Shown here: piece by piece, positions 10,121 through 17,418 of the stretch
Layout: each line of letters starts with the position of its first letter
How positions within the stretch are numbered: the first letter of the stretch is position 1
DNA from: a virus
Taxonomy: Duplodnaviria; Caudoviricetes
Length of the DNA: 35,762 nucleotides
Reading direction: 5' to 3' (one strand)
IMG/VR virus record: IMGVR_UViG_3300020045_003575
Coordinates: 1 to 35,762 of that record
Made by a program: the position numbers and the translations under genes
Notes under the pieces: generated by a model
Told to the model about the DNA's origin: nothing
Database searches by the model: none
What the model saw: the letters and a program-made list of their open reading frames with translations, nothing else

Positions 10121-10311
10121 TATTATTACAATCCTCAATAGTCGCAAGTGGATGCGCAACTTATACGGTTGGCGAAACATTTCCTATTATGCAACAAATT
10201 GAAAAAGAAAAATCGGTATCTTTGAGCGCGCCAAAGTTCGAACAGATACCGATTATTAAAACGAAAAAACTAACATTTTGGCAGAAACTTTTAAAACTAT
10301 TTGGATTATGA
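10105..10311 (+). CDS. hypothetical protein
   Basis: 68-aa ORF overlapping both neighbours; amphipathic C-terminus. Confidence 0.5.
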   Translation: MDSTLILLQSSIVASGCATYTVGETFPIMQQIEKEKSVSLSAPKFEQIPIIKTKKLTFWQKLLKLFGL

Positions 10312-10538
10312 AAAATTGGAAAACTACATTGGCTGGACTTGTTACAGGACTACCATTTTTAATTGATGCCGTTATGCAAGCCTATACGGCTGGTTATTTT
10401 ACAGACCAAAAAGGATGGCAATTATTCGGTTCTATTGCTTGGATTGTTGTAACTGCTTTAGTCAAGGACCACGACAAAGACAATAATAGTGATGCGCAAT
10501 CAATATTAGGTACCGACCGCCCCGATGATAGACCGTAA
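10308..10538 (+). CDS. putative holin
   Basis: ATG at 10308 gives MKNWKTTLAG, two hydrophobic segments and a charged tail; lysis module. Confidence 0.6.
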   Translation: MKNWKTTLAGLVTGLPFLIDAVMQAYTAGYFTDQKGWQLFGSIAWIVVTALVKDHDKDNNSDAQSILGTDRPDDRP

Positions 10539-10812
10539 ACTAATATTATATTTTGCTTTAATATTTGCCGTGCTTGCTGATATGGCGCACGGCTTTTATT
10601 ACATTGGAACAGCATTCTTTTTTATGCTAATTTCTTTGTATATTTTTATTGGTGATAGGTTTAGTTTTATTAAATTTGTGTTGTTGTGGCTTTCGGTGTG
10701 GAACTTATTTAAGGAATTATTTTTAGACCCGTTGCATTTCACGGCAAAAGAAATGATTATTATTTTTATAGTCATTATTGCAAGATTATTTTATAAACAA
10801 AAAACCTATTAA
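10525..10812 (+). CDS. multi-pass membrane protein (lysis-associated?)
   Basis: 95 aa, almost entirely hydrophobic. Confidence 0.5.
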   Translation: MIDRKLILYFALIFAVLADMAHGFYYIGTAFFFMLISLYIFIGDRFSFIKFVLLWLSVWNLFKELFLDPLHFTAKEMIIIFIVIIARLFYKQKTY

Positions 10813-10816
10813 AATT

Positions 10817-11221
10817 ATGGTTGAATATATTGCATTTATGGGTGCAGTACTTGGTTATCCTTTAGCTTGGTACTTTGGAGGAAAAAGAAAAACAGAATCA
10901 GAAGCAAAGAAAAATGATGTTGATGTAGTGACGGCAATTTCTGAAATGTATAACACTTTTCTTGTCCAATATAAAACCCGAATGGAGGAAATGCAAGTTG
11001 AAGTTACTTGCGTGAAAGACCATTATAAAGCAATTCAACTACAGTTCAACGATATGAGTTTAGCTTATGGCAGAGAGGTTGAGGTTTCTCAAAATTGGGA
11101 AAAATTACACAAAGAACTCAAAGAAAAATACGATGAACTTGAAAGGAATTACAACACCTTAAAAAAGGATCACGATGCTTTGAGAAAGGATTACGAGAAA
11201 TACAAAAAAAGTGCGCAATGA
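10817..11221 (+). CDS. membrane-anchored coiled-coil protein (holin/antiholin-like)
   Basis: Likely start ATG 10817 (MVEYIAFMGAVLGYPLAWYFGG); N-terminal TM then coiled coil; directly upstream of endolysin. Confidence 0.55.
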   Translation: MVEYIAFMGAVLGYPLAWYFGGKRKTESEAKKNDVDVVTAISEMYNTFLVQYKTRMEEMQVEVTCVKDHYKAIQLQFNDMSLAYGREVEVSQNWEKLHKELKEKYDELERNYNTLKKDHDALRKDYEKYKKSAQ

Positions 11222-11778
11222 AACTTTACGAAAAATACAAATCATTATTCGAAAAATACCAACTTAACACACCGTTAAGGATTGCGCATTTTATGGCTCA
11301 GATTGAACACGAATCAGGTTTAAATCCAGTTAGTGAAAATTTGAATTATAGTGCAAAAGGACTGTTGACTACTTTTCCAAAATACTTTAATAATGAAACC
11401 GCTTTGTTATATGCAAAACATCCACAATTGATTGCAAATAAAGTATACGCCAACCGTATGAGTAATGGCTCGGAAGATAGTGGCGAGGGCTGGAAATATA
11501 GAGGCCGTGGATTTATTCAAATTACAGGCAAAGAAAACTATTTTAGATTGTCAAATGATACTGATATTGATTGCTTAAAAAACCCTGATTTGCTTTTGCA
11601 AGAACCCAACGCAATGATTTCCGCTTTATGGTTTTGGGACTTAAAAGGATTGAATGCTTTAGCTGACAAAGACGATATTAAAGCAATAACAAAAAAAATT
11701 AATGGAGGTTATAACGGCTTGGTAAGTAGAACACAATTTCTTGAAAAATGGAAAATTATTTTAGAAAACACTCTTTAG
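11218..11778 (+). CDS. endolysin, glycoside hydrolase family 19
   Basis: RIAHFMAQIEHESG, ENLNYS, GWKYRGRGFIQITGKENY and ITKKINGGYNGL motifs. Confidence 0.92.
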   Translation: MKLYEKYKSLFEKYQLNTPLRIAHFMAQIEHESGLNPVSENLNYSAKGLLTTFPKYFNNETALLYAKHPQLIANKVYANRMSNGSEDSGEGWKYRGRGFIQITGKENYFRLSNDTDIDCLKNPDLLLQEPNAMISALWFWDLKGLNALADKDDIKAITKKINGGYNGLVSRTQFLEKWKIILENTL

Positions 11779-12182
11779 AACTGGCATTAATTTTAGCAAT
11801 AACATTGCTTATTTTTTTATTTTACGGTTGCGGTGGAACTCGAAGCGTCACAACCGAAAAACAATCTAATATTACAGTTTCAAATAATTACCAAGAAGGC
11901 TCAAAAATAGTTTTAGGCAATAGTTTTACATACACGCCATTTGATAGCGCAAAACCTATGATAATTGATAGTATAGTGTATAAAAACGTCATTATTAAAA
12001 GCACGAATTTAAAAGTAGTTGAAAAATGGAAAGACCGGAACATCATAAAAACAATTTCAATTGAAAAAAACAAACAAACAGAAAAAAAAGACAATACTAT
12101 TTTATGGATAGGATTGTCTTTCGTGATTTGTTTATTTGTGTTTTTGTGGTTTTATCTTAAAAAGGACAATATTTTTTTTTAG
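11748..12182 (+). CDS. putative unimolecular spanin (lipoprotein with C-terminal TM)
   Basis: Hydrophobic leader ending LFYGC (lipobox-like) plus C-terminal TM; follows the endolysin. Confidence 0.6.
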   Translation: MENYFRKHSLELALILAITLLIFLFYGCGGTRSVTTEKQSNITVSNNYQEGSKIVLGNSFTYTPFDSAKPMIIDSIVYKNVIIKSTNLKVVEKWKDRNIIKTISIEKNKQTEKKDNTILWIGLSFVICLFVFLWFYLKKDNIFF

Positions 12183-12342
12183 GTTTCGGTATTAAATTAG
12201 CGTATTCTTTTTTAATCTTCTCGGCTATTGCATCCCTGATGAATTGCCCAACATCAACATTATATGACTTCATTTTTTGAAGGATTAACAATTGATTTTC
12301 TGAAATACGAATAACCTTTGTTTTTATTAGTAGTTTAGCCAT
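12157..12342 (-). CDS. small ribbon-helix-helix-like DNA-binding protein
   Basis: Likely start ATG 12342: MAKLLIKTKVIRISENQLLILQKMKSYNVDVGQFIRDAIAEKIK; strand (KVIRIS) plus two helices, CopG/Arc-like pattern. Confidence 0.55.
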   Translation of the reverse strand: MAKLLIKTKVIRISENQLLILQKMKSYNVDVGQFIRDAIAEKIKKEYANLIPKPKKKYCPF

Positions 12343-12358
12343 TTTGTAATACAATTTA

Positions 12359-12385
12359 TGCGTGTAGCGGATAGTTATAGGCAAC
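12359..12385. repeat. terminal half-site (attI-like or truncated attC-like) at left end of array
   Basis: TGCGTGTAGCGGATA-GTTATAGGC; core at 12374-12382 is the reverse complement of GCCTATAAC at 12934-12942. Confidence 0.55.
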
Positions 12386-12397
12386 CTTGCGAAAATC

Positions 12398-13009
12398 TTA
12401 AAAGTGGTCGATTTGATTCCCAAATTGAAACCAACCTTCTCTTTTTTCTCGACTGAAAACATCAATCTTATTTTCGTTTGGATATAACGCTTCAATCATT
12501 TTGTAGGCGTATTCAGGTTTACGACTATGCTCCCTTGCTTTTTCTGAAAATACAGTCATAAATTTACCTCTTTGTTCTTTTGCAATAGGTAACATCTTTT
12601 CTTTGTAGTACCATATCAAATATTCGTGAGAATACCGAACAGTAAAAGCGGGAGCAACTCCGTTAGTTTTATCCCAAATAAATCTACAATGCCTTCTGTA
12701 TCCTCTTTTCTCCATATAATTATCACAATCATTTAGATATTGTTCAATAGTCCACATAAATACGGCGTGATTTTCAGCAGTGTTGTTGAGTATTTCTGTA
12801 TCCAACAAATCAAATATTTCAATAGTAGGCATAGTTTTGTAATCTAAACTTCTTCCTTGGTTTGGTCTTGCTTTTCTTAAACCACCTTTCTTTTTTAACC
12901 AAGGGTGATCAATCACCAAAACAGAAAAAAGCTGCCTATAACACGTGCTATAAGAAATAGCGGGTTCTGTGCTTTCTGAAAGTTCGGGTGTATTTGTAAA
13001 ATCTGTCAT
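12398..13009 (-). CDS. MT-A70 family adenine methyltransferase
   Basis: VIDHPW (normally DPPW), VFMWT, FIWDKTNG, REHSRKPE and KIDVFSREKREGWFQFGNQ motifs. Confidence 0.88.
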   Translation of the reverse strand: MTDFTNTPELSESTEPAISYSTCYRQLFSVLVIDHPWLKKKGGLRKARPNQGRSLDYKTMPTIEIFDLLDTEILNNTAENHAVFMWTIEQYLNDCDNYMEKRGYRRHCRFIWDKTNGVAPAFTVRYSHEYLIWYYKEKMLPIAKEQRGKFMTVFSEKAREHSRKPEYAYKMIEALYPNENKIDVFSREKREGWFQFGNQIDHF

Positions 13010-13067
13010 AAATTTAAAGTTTAGTTTTTATTAATCCGCTACTTCTTATAGCACCATACGTTATCAC
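12934..13067. repeat. attC-like palindromic site
   Basis: GCCTATAAC-acGTGCTATAAGAAATAGCGG ... CCGCTACTTCTTATAGCAC-catac-GTTATCAC. Confidence 0.8.
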
Positions 13068-13280
13068 TCATTTTACAGAACGTTTACTGATAACGAGTTC
13101 AGATTTCCTGATAATACAAATTTCATTCTCAAAAGGCGTTTCAAAATTCCATCTGTCAAGTGTAAATTTTGATATTCCAATTTCGTGAGTATTGCATAAA
13201 ATTGTCAAATCTCCGTAGTAAAAATGCTTTTCGTTTTCGATTGCATTTTTAAATTCAATGTGAAATAATTTTTTATTCAT
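13068..13280 (-). CDS. hypothetical protein (cassette)
   Basis: 70-aa ORF whose stop codon abuts the GTTATCAC core. Confidence 0.65.
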   Translation of the reverse strand: MNKKLFHIEFKNAIENEKHFYYGDLTILCNTHEIGISKFTLDRWNFETPFENEICIIRKSELVISKRSVK

Positions 13281-13424
13281 ATCTTAATGATTTTGGAAAC
13301 ATATTACTTTCTTCTGCTTTAGAATCAAACCATTTTACACAAAGCAATCTCCATTCAATTAACTAAATGTGTTTTTTTATTTGTTGGGAGATGTATTTTA
13401 CTTTATGTGTTTGTTCTTTTTTAC

Positions 13425-13494
13425 TTTGGTCTTGAACTGAAAGGTTCGGGATTTATCCTGCCGAAAATCCTCGCAAAGCCACGATACGTTAGCC
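13425..13494. repeat. truncated attC-like site (right arm only)
   Basis: ...CCTCGCAAAGCCACGATAC-GTTAGCC resembles the right arm of the 14414 site (CAAAGCCGCAGGAC-GTT); no left arm found; left bound approximate. Confidence 0.6.
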
Positions 13495-13501
13495 AATATT
13501 A

Positions 13502-14461
13502 TCACGAAACCTCGTTATAATCGACAAATGACTGCTGATAATTAATTTGTGAAACTTGTTGGTAATTAATTTCTTTTTCAGTTTGGTTTGGTTCTAAATC
13601 ATTTGCCGAACAAAATCCGTTACATTCAAATAGTGGTTTAACTGGAATTTCTTTAAAGTCAAATAAACTTTTGTTGTTCGGAAATTGCTTATTTGGAACA
13701 AGAAAAACTAAATCTGCTTTTGGTATTTTTTTAGCTTTTGCAATCGCTTCTTTACTTTGGTCTTTTAACATCGTTACAGCTTCTCCAGATAATTCAGTTA
13801 ATTGTTTTTCAACAACTGCCATTCGTAAATAAGTCATTTTTCTTTCTTTCCACATTTTTTGCCAATAACCCATCCCACCTTGAACGCAACCAGTTTTTAA
13901 ACAATTGTTATTATGAAATCCTAACCAGTAAGCTAATGGAATTGCAATAAATTCATATTTCAAAATTTCAATGCAATCATTTTTTGATAATGCGTGAAAT
14001 AACAAAGGAAATACTGGTTTACTTTCGGGAACATTCCATTTCATTCCTAATGCACGTTTATTTTCTGAAATATCAAATCCAAAAACTTGATGCGTGAACT
14101 TATTTTCTTTTTCCCATTTTTCACGAACTTTTCTTTTTAATTCACTTGAACAAATTGCACCAGTAGCAACATTTAAAGATTTAAACTTATACCAAACATC
14201 TTTTATTTTTTTGTAATCGCTACCAATTCTAGTAATAGTTTCAATTTGTATTCCATACCATTTTTCACAATCAGCTTTAAATCGGTAAGTATCATCATCT
14301 TCATTAAAAGTATCAATGAAAATAATTCTAATACGTTCTTTTCCATAAATCTGAATTGCTAACCAAATTGCAACTGCGGAAGTAACACCTCCAGACCACC
14401 AACAAATAACATCGGCTAACAGTGGTTTTGAGCAAGCGGGTATTTGGTTTAATTCAGTCAT
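13502..14461 (-). CDS. PAPS-reductase-like / PP-loop adenine nucleotide alpha hydrolase family protein
   Basis: WWSGGVTSAVA PP-loop, IFIDT, CSSELKR, LGFHNNNCLKTGCVQGG and ECNGFC cysteine clusters. Confidence 0.8.
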   Translation of the reverse strand: MTELNQIPACSKPLLADVICWWSGGVTSAVAIWLAIQIYGKERIRIIFIDTFNEDDDTYRFKADCEKWYGIQIETITRIGSDYKKIKDVWYKFKSLNVATGAICSSELKRKVREKWEKENKFTHQVFGFDISENKRALGMKWNVPESKPVFPLLFHALSKNDCIEILKYEFIAIPLAYWLGFHNNNCLKTGCVQGGMGYWQKMWKERKMTYLRMAVVEKQLTELSGEAVTMLKDQSKEAIAKAKKIPKADLVFLVPNKQFPNNKSLFDFKEIPVKPLFECNGFCSANDLEPNQTEKEINYQQVSQINYQQSFVDYNEVS

Positions 14462-14543
14462 TGTTTTGTATTTTTATTATTAGTGATTAATTCAATTATT
14501 AAGTTTTATTTTCCCGCCTGCACAAAGCCGCAGGACGTTATAT
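14414..14543. repeat. attC-like palindromic site
   Basis: GGCTAAC-aGTGGTTTTGAGCAAGCGGG ... CCCGCCTGCACAAAGCCGC-aggac-GTTATAT. Confidence 0.8.
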
Positions 14544-14572
14544 TCCAGCTTCGAGCAACTTTCTGGCGAAAG

Positions 14573-14821
14573 CTACTCTGGCTGTTTTTTGTATTTTTCA
14601 AGCCATTCATTATAAACCATTTCAGTTGAATATCCATTATTAAAATGGTCTTTACCGTTTCTGATATATTTTGAAAATTCAATACATTCTTGTTTTTTAT
14701 TTTGTTTCTCTTTTTCTAAAAAAGAATCTTCAATTAATCCTAAAACGCACAATAAATCATAATCGCCTCCATTCTCCGTCATACGTTCAATCATTCCTTT
14801 TAATTCCTGCATTGCTGTCAT
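14573..14821 (-). CDS. hypothetical protein (cassette)
   Basis: 82-aa ORF with ATTATG start context. Confidence 0.65.
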   Translation of the reverse strand: MTAMQELKGMIERMTENGGDYDLLCVLGLIEDSFLEKEKQNKKQECIEFSKYIRNGKDHFNNGYSTEMVYNEWLEKYKKQPE

Positions 14822-14826
14822 AATTT

Positions 14827-14922
14827 CTATTTTTTATAAATAAATTTTGCTATTGTAAATCCTATAAATCCACTTAATATCGATAATATTATTGAGTTTA
14901 TAATTGTATTGTATTCGTTCAT
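14827..14922 (-). CDS. small single-TM protein (31 aa)
   Basis: Read manually: MNEYNTIINSIILSILSGFIGFTIAKFIYKK*, ATTATG start. Confidence 0.45.
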   Translation of the reverse strand: MNEYNTIINSIILSILSGFIGFTIAKFIYKK

Positions 14923-14946
14923 AATTCGTGATGTTAAAAAATATAC

Positions 14947-15078
14947 CTACAACAATATATTGTACTTATAGCTAGATTTTGGTTTAATTTTTTGATTTGT
15001 AATTCTTGTTATTATTGGTCTTAACCCGTTACATTGTGACTTATCATTCGCTACAAGTACAATAAATCGACGTTAGTA
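14947..15078. repeat. attC-like palindromic site
   Basis: CTACAAC-aataTATTGTACTTATAGC ... GCTACAAGTACAATA-aatcgac-GTTAGTA. Confidence 0.75.
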
Positions 15079-15084
15079 GCAAGA

Positions 15085-15291
15085 CTACGATTCAATTTCG
15101 ACAGGAACATCTTTCCAGTCTCTATGCCCTAAATTACTTGTATGTAACTGCTGTAATATTTTTTCTGTTTTAGATGGTAACAAATGAATATTTTCGGGTT
15201 GTACATCCTTTTTTACAAATCTTAATCGCACACTTGGCTCCCATACTTCATCAACAGTTATAGTTGCATAATTAATCTTTTCTTTTTTCAT
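15085..15291 (-). CDS. hypothetical protein (cassette)
   Basis: 68-aa ORF filling one GTT...AAC unit. Confidence 0.65.
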   Translation of the reverse strand: MKKEKINYATITVDEVWEPSVRLRFVKKDVQPENIHLLPSKTEKILQQLHTSNLGHRDWKDVPVEIES

Positions 15292-15337
15292 TTTATTTAG
15301 TTTTTATAATTTAATATTCATTTTAAATTGCCGTCCA

Positions 15338-15475
15338 GCTACTAACATTTGCTAGTAAAAATGGCTTTATGGTTTTGCGTTTGAGTTATTAAGGAGTACT
15401 TAAGTACTGGTTTTTTCTTGCTGGCATCGGTGATTAATTCACACCACTTCTACTAGCAAAATACCGTTACTGGCT
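15338..15475. repeat. attC-like palindromic site
   Basis: GCTACTAAC-aTTTGCTAGTAAAAATGG ... CCACTTCTACTAGCAAA-atacc-GTTACTGGCT. Confidence 0.8.
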
Positions 15476-15869
15476 ATGTTGCGTGAGTCCTATTAAGATC
15501 AATATTCAAATGACAACTATTTCTTCTTGAAATTTCAATCTCATTTGATTCTAAAGCCTTTAAGATTTCTTTAGCATCTTTTTTTATAGTTTTTCTTTCA
15601 ATTCCGTAACCCCAAGAATTATGAGTTCCTTTCACGTTGTTTTTAAAGTCTAAAATTGAATAAACAATACTCTTTTTTAGTTGATTATACGTTTCTGTAA
15701 ATGATGAGAAATTTTCTTTTGCTTCATATTTTATTAAATCCGCATCGTACCATCTATGCAAATCCCTTGTGCATATTGCAAAATTTTCATTAATTTCATT
15801 TACTATCATTGGTGATTTTTCTCCAATAAAATAAACTTCTTGACCTTGTTTTAATTTTTTATTTTCCAT
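15474..15869 (-). CDS. hypothetical protein (cassette)
   Basis: 131-aa ORF whose stop codon overlaps the core GTTACTGGCTA. Confidence 0.7.
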   Translation of the reverse strand: MENKKLKQGQEVYFIGEKSPMIVNEINENFAICTRDLHRWYDADLIKYEAKENFSSFTETYNQLKKSIVYSILDFKNNVKGTHNSWGYGIERKTIKKDAKEILKALESNEIEISRRNSCHLNIDLNRTHAT

Positions 15870-15891
15870 TTTGTTGTGGATTAAAAAACAC

Positions 15892-16029
15892 AGCCAGTAA
15901 CATATGCTACATAATAGCTGGGTTTCGGGTTAAATTTAAAGTTTGTTTTGCACCTAAATTATTAGTCTTAAATCGATACTTTGGTGTGTGCTTTTCCCAT
16001 CCATCGTGTAGCATTCGCCGTTATGCCTA
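15892..16029. repeat. attC-like palindromic site
   Basis: AGCCAGTAAC-atATGCTACATAATAGCTGGG ... CCCATCCATCGTGTAGCAT-tcgcc-GTTATGCCTA. Confidence 0.8.
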
Positions 16030-16032
16030 ATA

Positions 16033-16227
16033 CTACAATATGAATTGTTCATCAATTTCTTTCTCATCAATTTCGTCTAAACTTTGAGGATATTCTTTTT
16101 TTAATTTAATCCATTCTTTTTTAGTCAATACCATTGCCGTAATTAGTCCAATAACATCAGTTCCGTACCATTTTCCGTGAGCAAATCCAATTAATTGTGC
16201 ATCTGCTAAATCCAATTTAGTTGCCAT
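16033..16227 (-). CDS. hypothetical protein (cassette)
   Basis: 64-aa ORF in the promoter-proximal unit. Confidence 0.65.
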   Translation of the reverse strand: MATKLDLADAQLIGFAHGKWYGTDVIGLITAMVLTKKEWIKLKKEYPQSLDEIDEKEIDEQFIL

Positions 16228-16268
16228 AATTTATATTTTTATTTATTTAGTTAATATTTGTTTTTGCC

Positions 16269-16292
16269 GTACTAGGCATAACAGGGCTACAG
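16269..16292. repeat. terminal half-site at right end of array
   Basis: GTACTAGGCATAAC (13/14 complementary to GTTATGCCTAATAC at 16020) followed only by AGGGCTACAG. Confidence 0.6.
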
Positions 16293-16307
16293 TTTAAAAG
16301 TTTAAAG

Positions 16308-16315
16308 CAAAGATA
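16308..16315 (-). promoter_or_regulatory. Bacteroidota -7 promoter box driving the cassette array
   Basis: TATCTTTG on the minus strand matches TAnnTTTG, ~25 bp from the first core. Confidence 0.65.
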
Positions 16316-16335
16316 TAACTTATTTTGATATAAAT

Positions 16336-16389
16336 AACCACCACCACGATAATTTATACTAATTCTAAATTAAGTCTGTGGTGGTGGTT
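16336..16389. promoter_or_regulatory. operator region: 12-bp inverted repeat around a 19-bp palindromic box
   Basis: AACCACCACCAC (16336-16347) / GTGGTGGTGGTT (16378-16389); ATTTATACTAATTCTAAAT (16352-16370). Confidence 0.6.
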
Positions 16390-16406
16390 TATTCAAATAA
16401 CATCCT

Positions 16407-16414
16407 TATATTTG
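16407..16414 (+). promoter_or_regulatory. Bacteroidota -7 promoter box, rightward early operon
   Basis: TATATTTG 25 bp before ATG 16440. Confidence 0.65.
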
Positions 16415-16439
16415 TCAAACAATTTAAAACATAAAAGTT

Positions 16440-16622
16440 ATGCAAGAAATCAAACACCTTTATAAAATGCTCAAGGACAAAAAAGAATTTTGCCAAGAAC
16501 TATCAAAAGAAGTAGAAACAAGTCCGAGAAGCTTGTATAATCATTGGTTCGGAAGTTTCTGGGCAATTCCGGAGAAGTATCAAAATTTAGTATTAACAAG
16601 ATTAAAAGAAAAACAACAATGA
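16440..16622 (+). CDS. Cro-like helix-turn-helix protein
   Basis: 60 aa, first gene after the divergent promoter; FCQELSKEVETSPRSLYNHW HTH-like. Confidence 0.55.
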   Translation: MQEIKHLYKMLKDKKEFCQELSKEVETSPRSLYNHWFGSFWAIPEKYQNLVLTRLKEKQQ

Positions 16623-17029
16623 AAAGAGCTATAGCCATGCGTTGTACGCAAGAACAATTTGACAGTATTAAGGATAGGATTGAGTTGTCCATTAAATCGG
16701 TTACTGACTTTAAAGAATATCCTTATTTAATAAACTTTGGTGATAAAAAATATATTTCAAATATAGATAAAAGTAACTATTGGGATAATTTTTGGAAACA
16801 AAATCCTAAAATATTCGAAACATTCAACGCTGATATATTTTTAGAAGCGTGTGGTGTTGAGGTTGAGAAACCTATAATGCAGATTTTTTCTTGTGGGGTT
16901 TGGGTTGATTATGCTGGAAAATACCGCCTTAAGCAACAACCAAACTACGAAAAAGAAATCGAAGCCTTGCAACAAAAAGCAAAAGAAAATGGGATGAAAT
17001 GTATAATTAATTTTGAGAAATTATGTTAG
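16619..17029 (+). CDS. hypothetical protein
   Basis: Likely start ATG 16619 (ATGA overlap with previous stop). Confidence 0.65.
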   Translation: MKRAIAMRCTQEQFDSIKDRIELSIKSVTDFKEYPYLINFGDKKYISNIDKSNYWDNFWKQNPKIFETFNADIFLEACGVEVEKPIMQIFSCGVWVDYAGKYRLKQQPNYEKEIEALQQKAKENGMKCIINFEKLC

Positions 17030-17223
17030 ACACTTACGACGAACACTCGCCACTAAACCCAGCCAATATTGATATTCAATTAGACGAACTCGAAGAGAAA
17101 AAACAAGAAAATTTTAAATTAAGAATGCGAATTCAAGATTTAGAAATAGGAATTGCTGAATGCATAGAAATTGTAGAGCAAACTGAAAACGTTTTAATAT
17201 TAAATAAATTGAAAAGATTATGA
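17023..17223 (+). CDS. hypothetical coiled-coil protein
   Basis: Overlapping operon ORF. Confidence 0.6.
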   Translation: MLDTYDEHSPLNPANIDIQLDELEEKKQENFKLRMRIQDLEIGIAECIEIVEQTENVLILNKLKRL

Positions 17224-17414
17224 AAACAATTATAAACAACATCGTTTTTAAAAATCTAATGAAAGAATTAGATATTGAAGTAATTGAACCCGAAATAGTA
17301 ACTACAGAAACAAGAGTTGAAGATTTTTATTCTTGGCTTTTGAAATGTGGAAATATTTATTTAAACAATAATGAAATGGTAGTAAGTGCATTTCATAAAA
17401 TAGCTAATTTTTAA
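17220..17414 (+). CDS. hypothetical protein
   Basis: ATGA-coupled ORF. Confidence 0.6.
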   Translation: MKTIINNIVFKNLMKELDIEVIEPEIVTTETRVEDFYSWLLKCGNIYLNNNEMVVSAFHKIANF

Positions 17415-17418
17415 TATT

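Larger units (their letters stand above)
12374..16282 (-). mobile_element. integron-like gene cassette array (7 units, no integrase in window)
   Basis: Units start at GTT cores, 5 of 7 end in complementary AAC cores, and they are separated by attC-like imperfect palindromes; see findings. Confidence 0.75.

Noticed and set aside
12343-12495. 5' extension of the 112-aa ORF 12157-12495
   Set aside because: It overlaps the MT-A70 gene and crosses the array boundary; ATG 12342 gives a compact RHH-like protein.
13087-13094. CTGATAAC as the partner core of GTTATCAC
   Set aside because: It is only ~20 bp away, inside the coding region, and not followed by a stem arm; probably chance.
12374-16282. 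CRISPR array or simple terminators as explanation for the repeated palindromes
   Set aside because: The repeats are not sequence-identical, are over 120 bp, enclose whole genes, lack U-tails and show unit-specific core complementarity.
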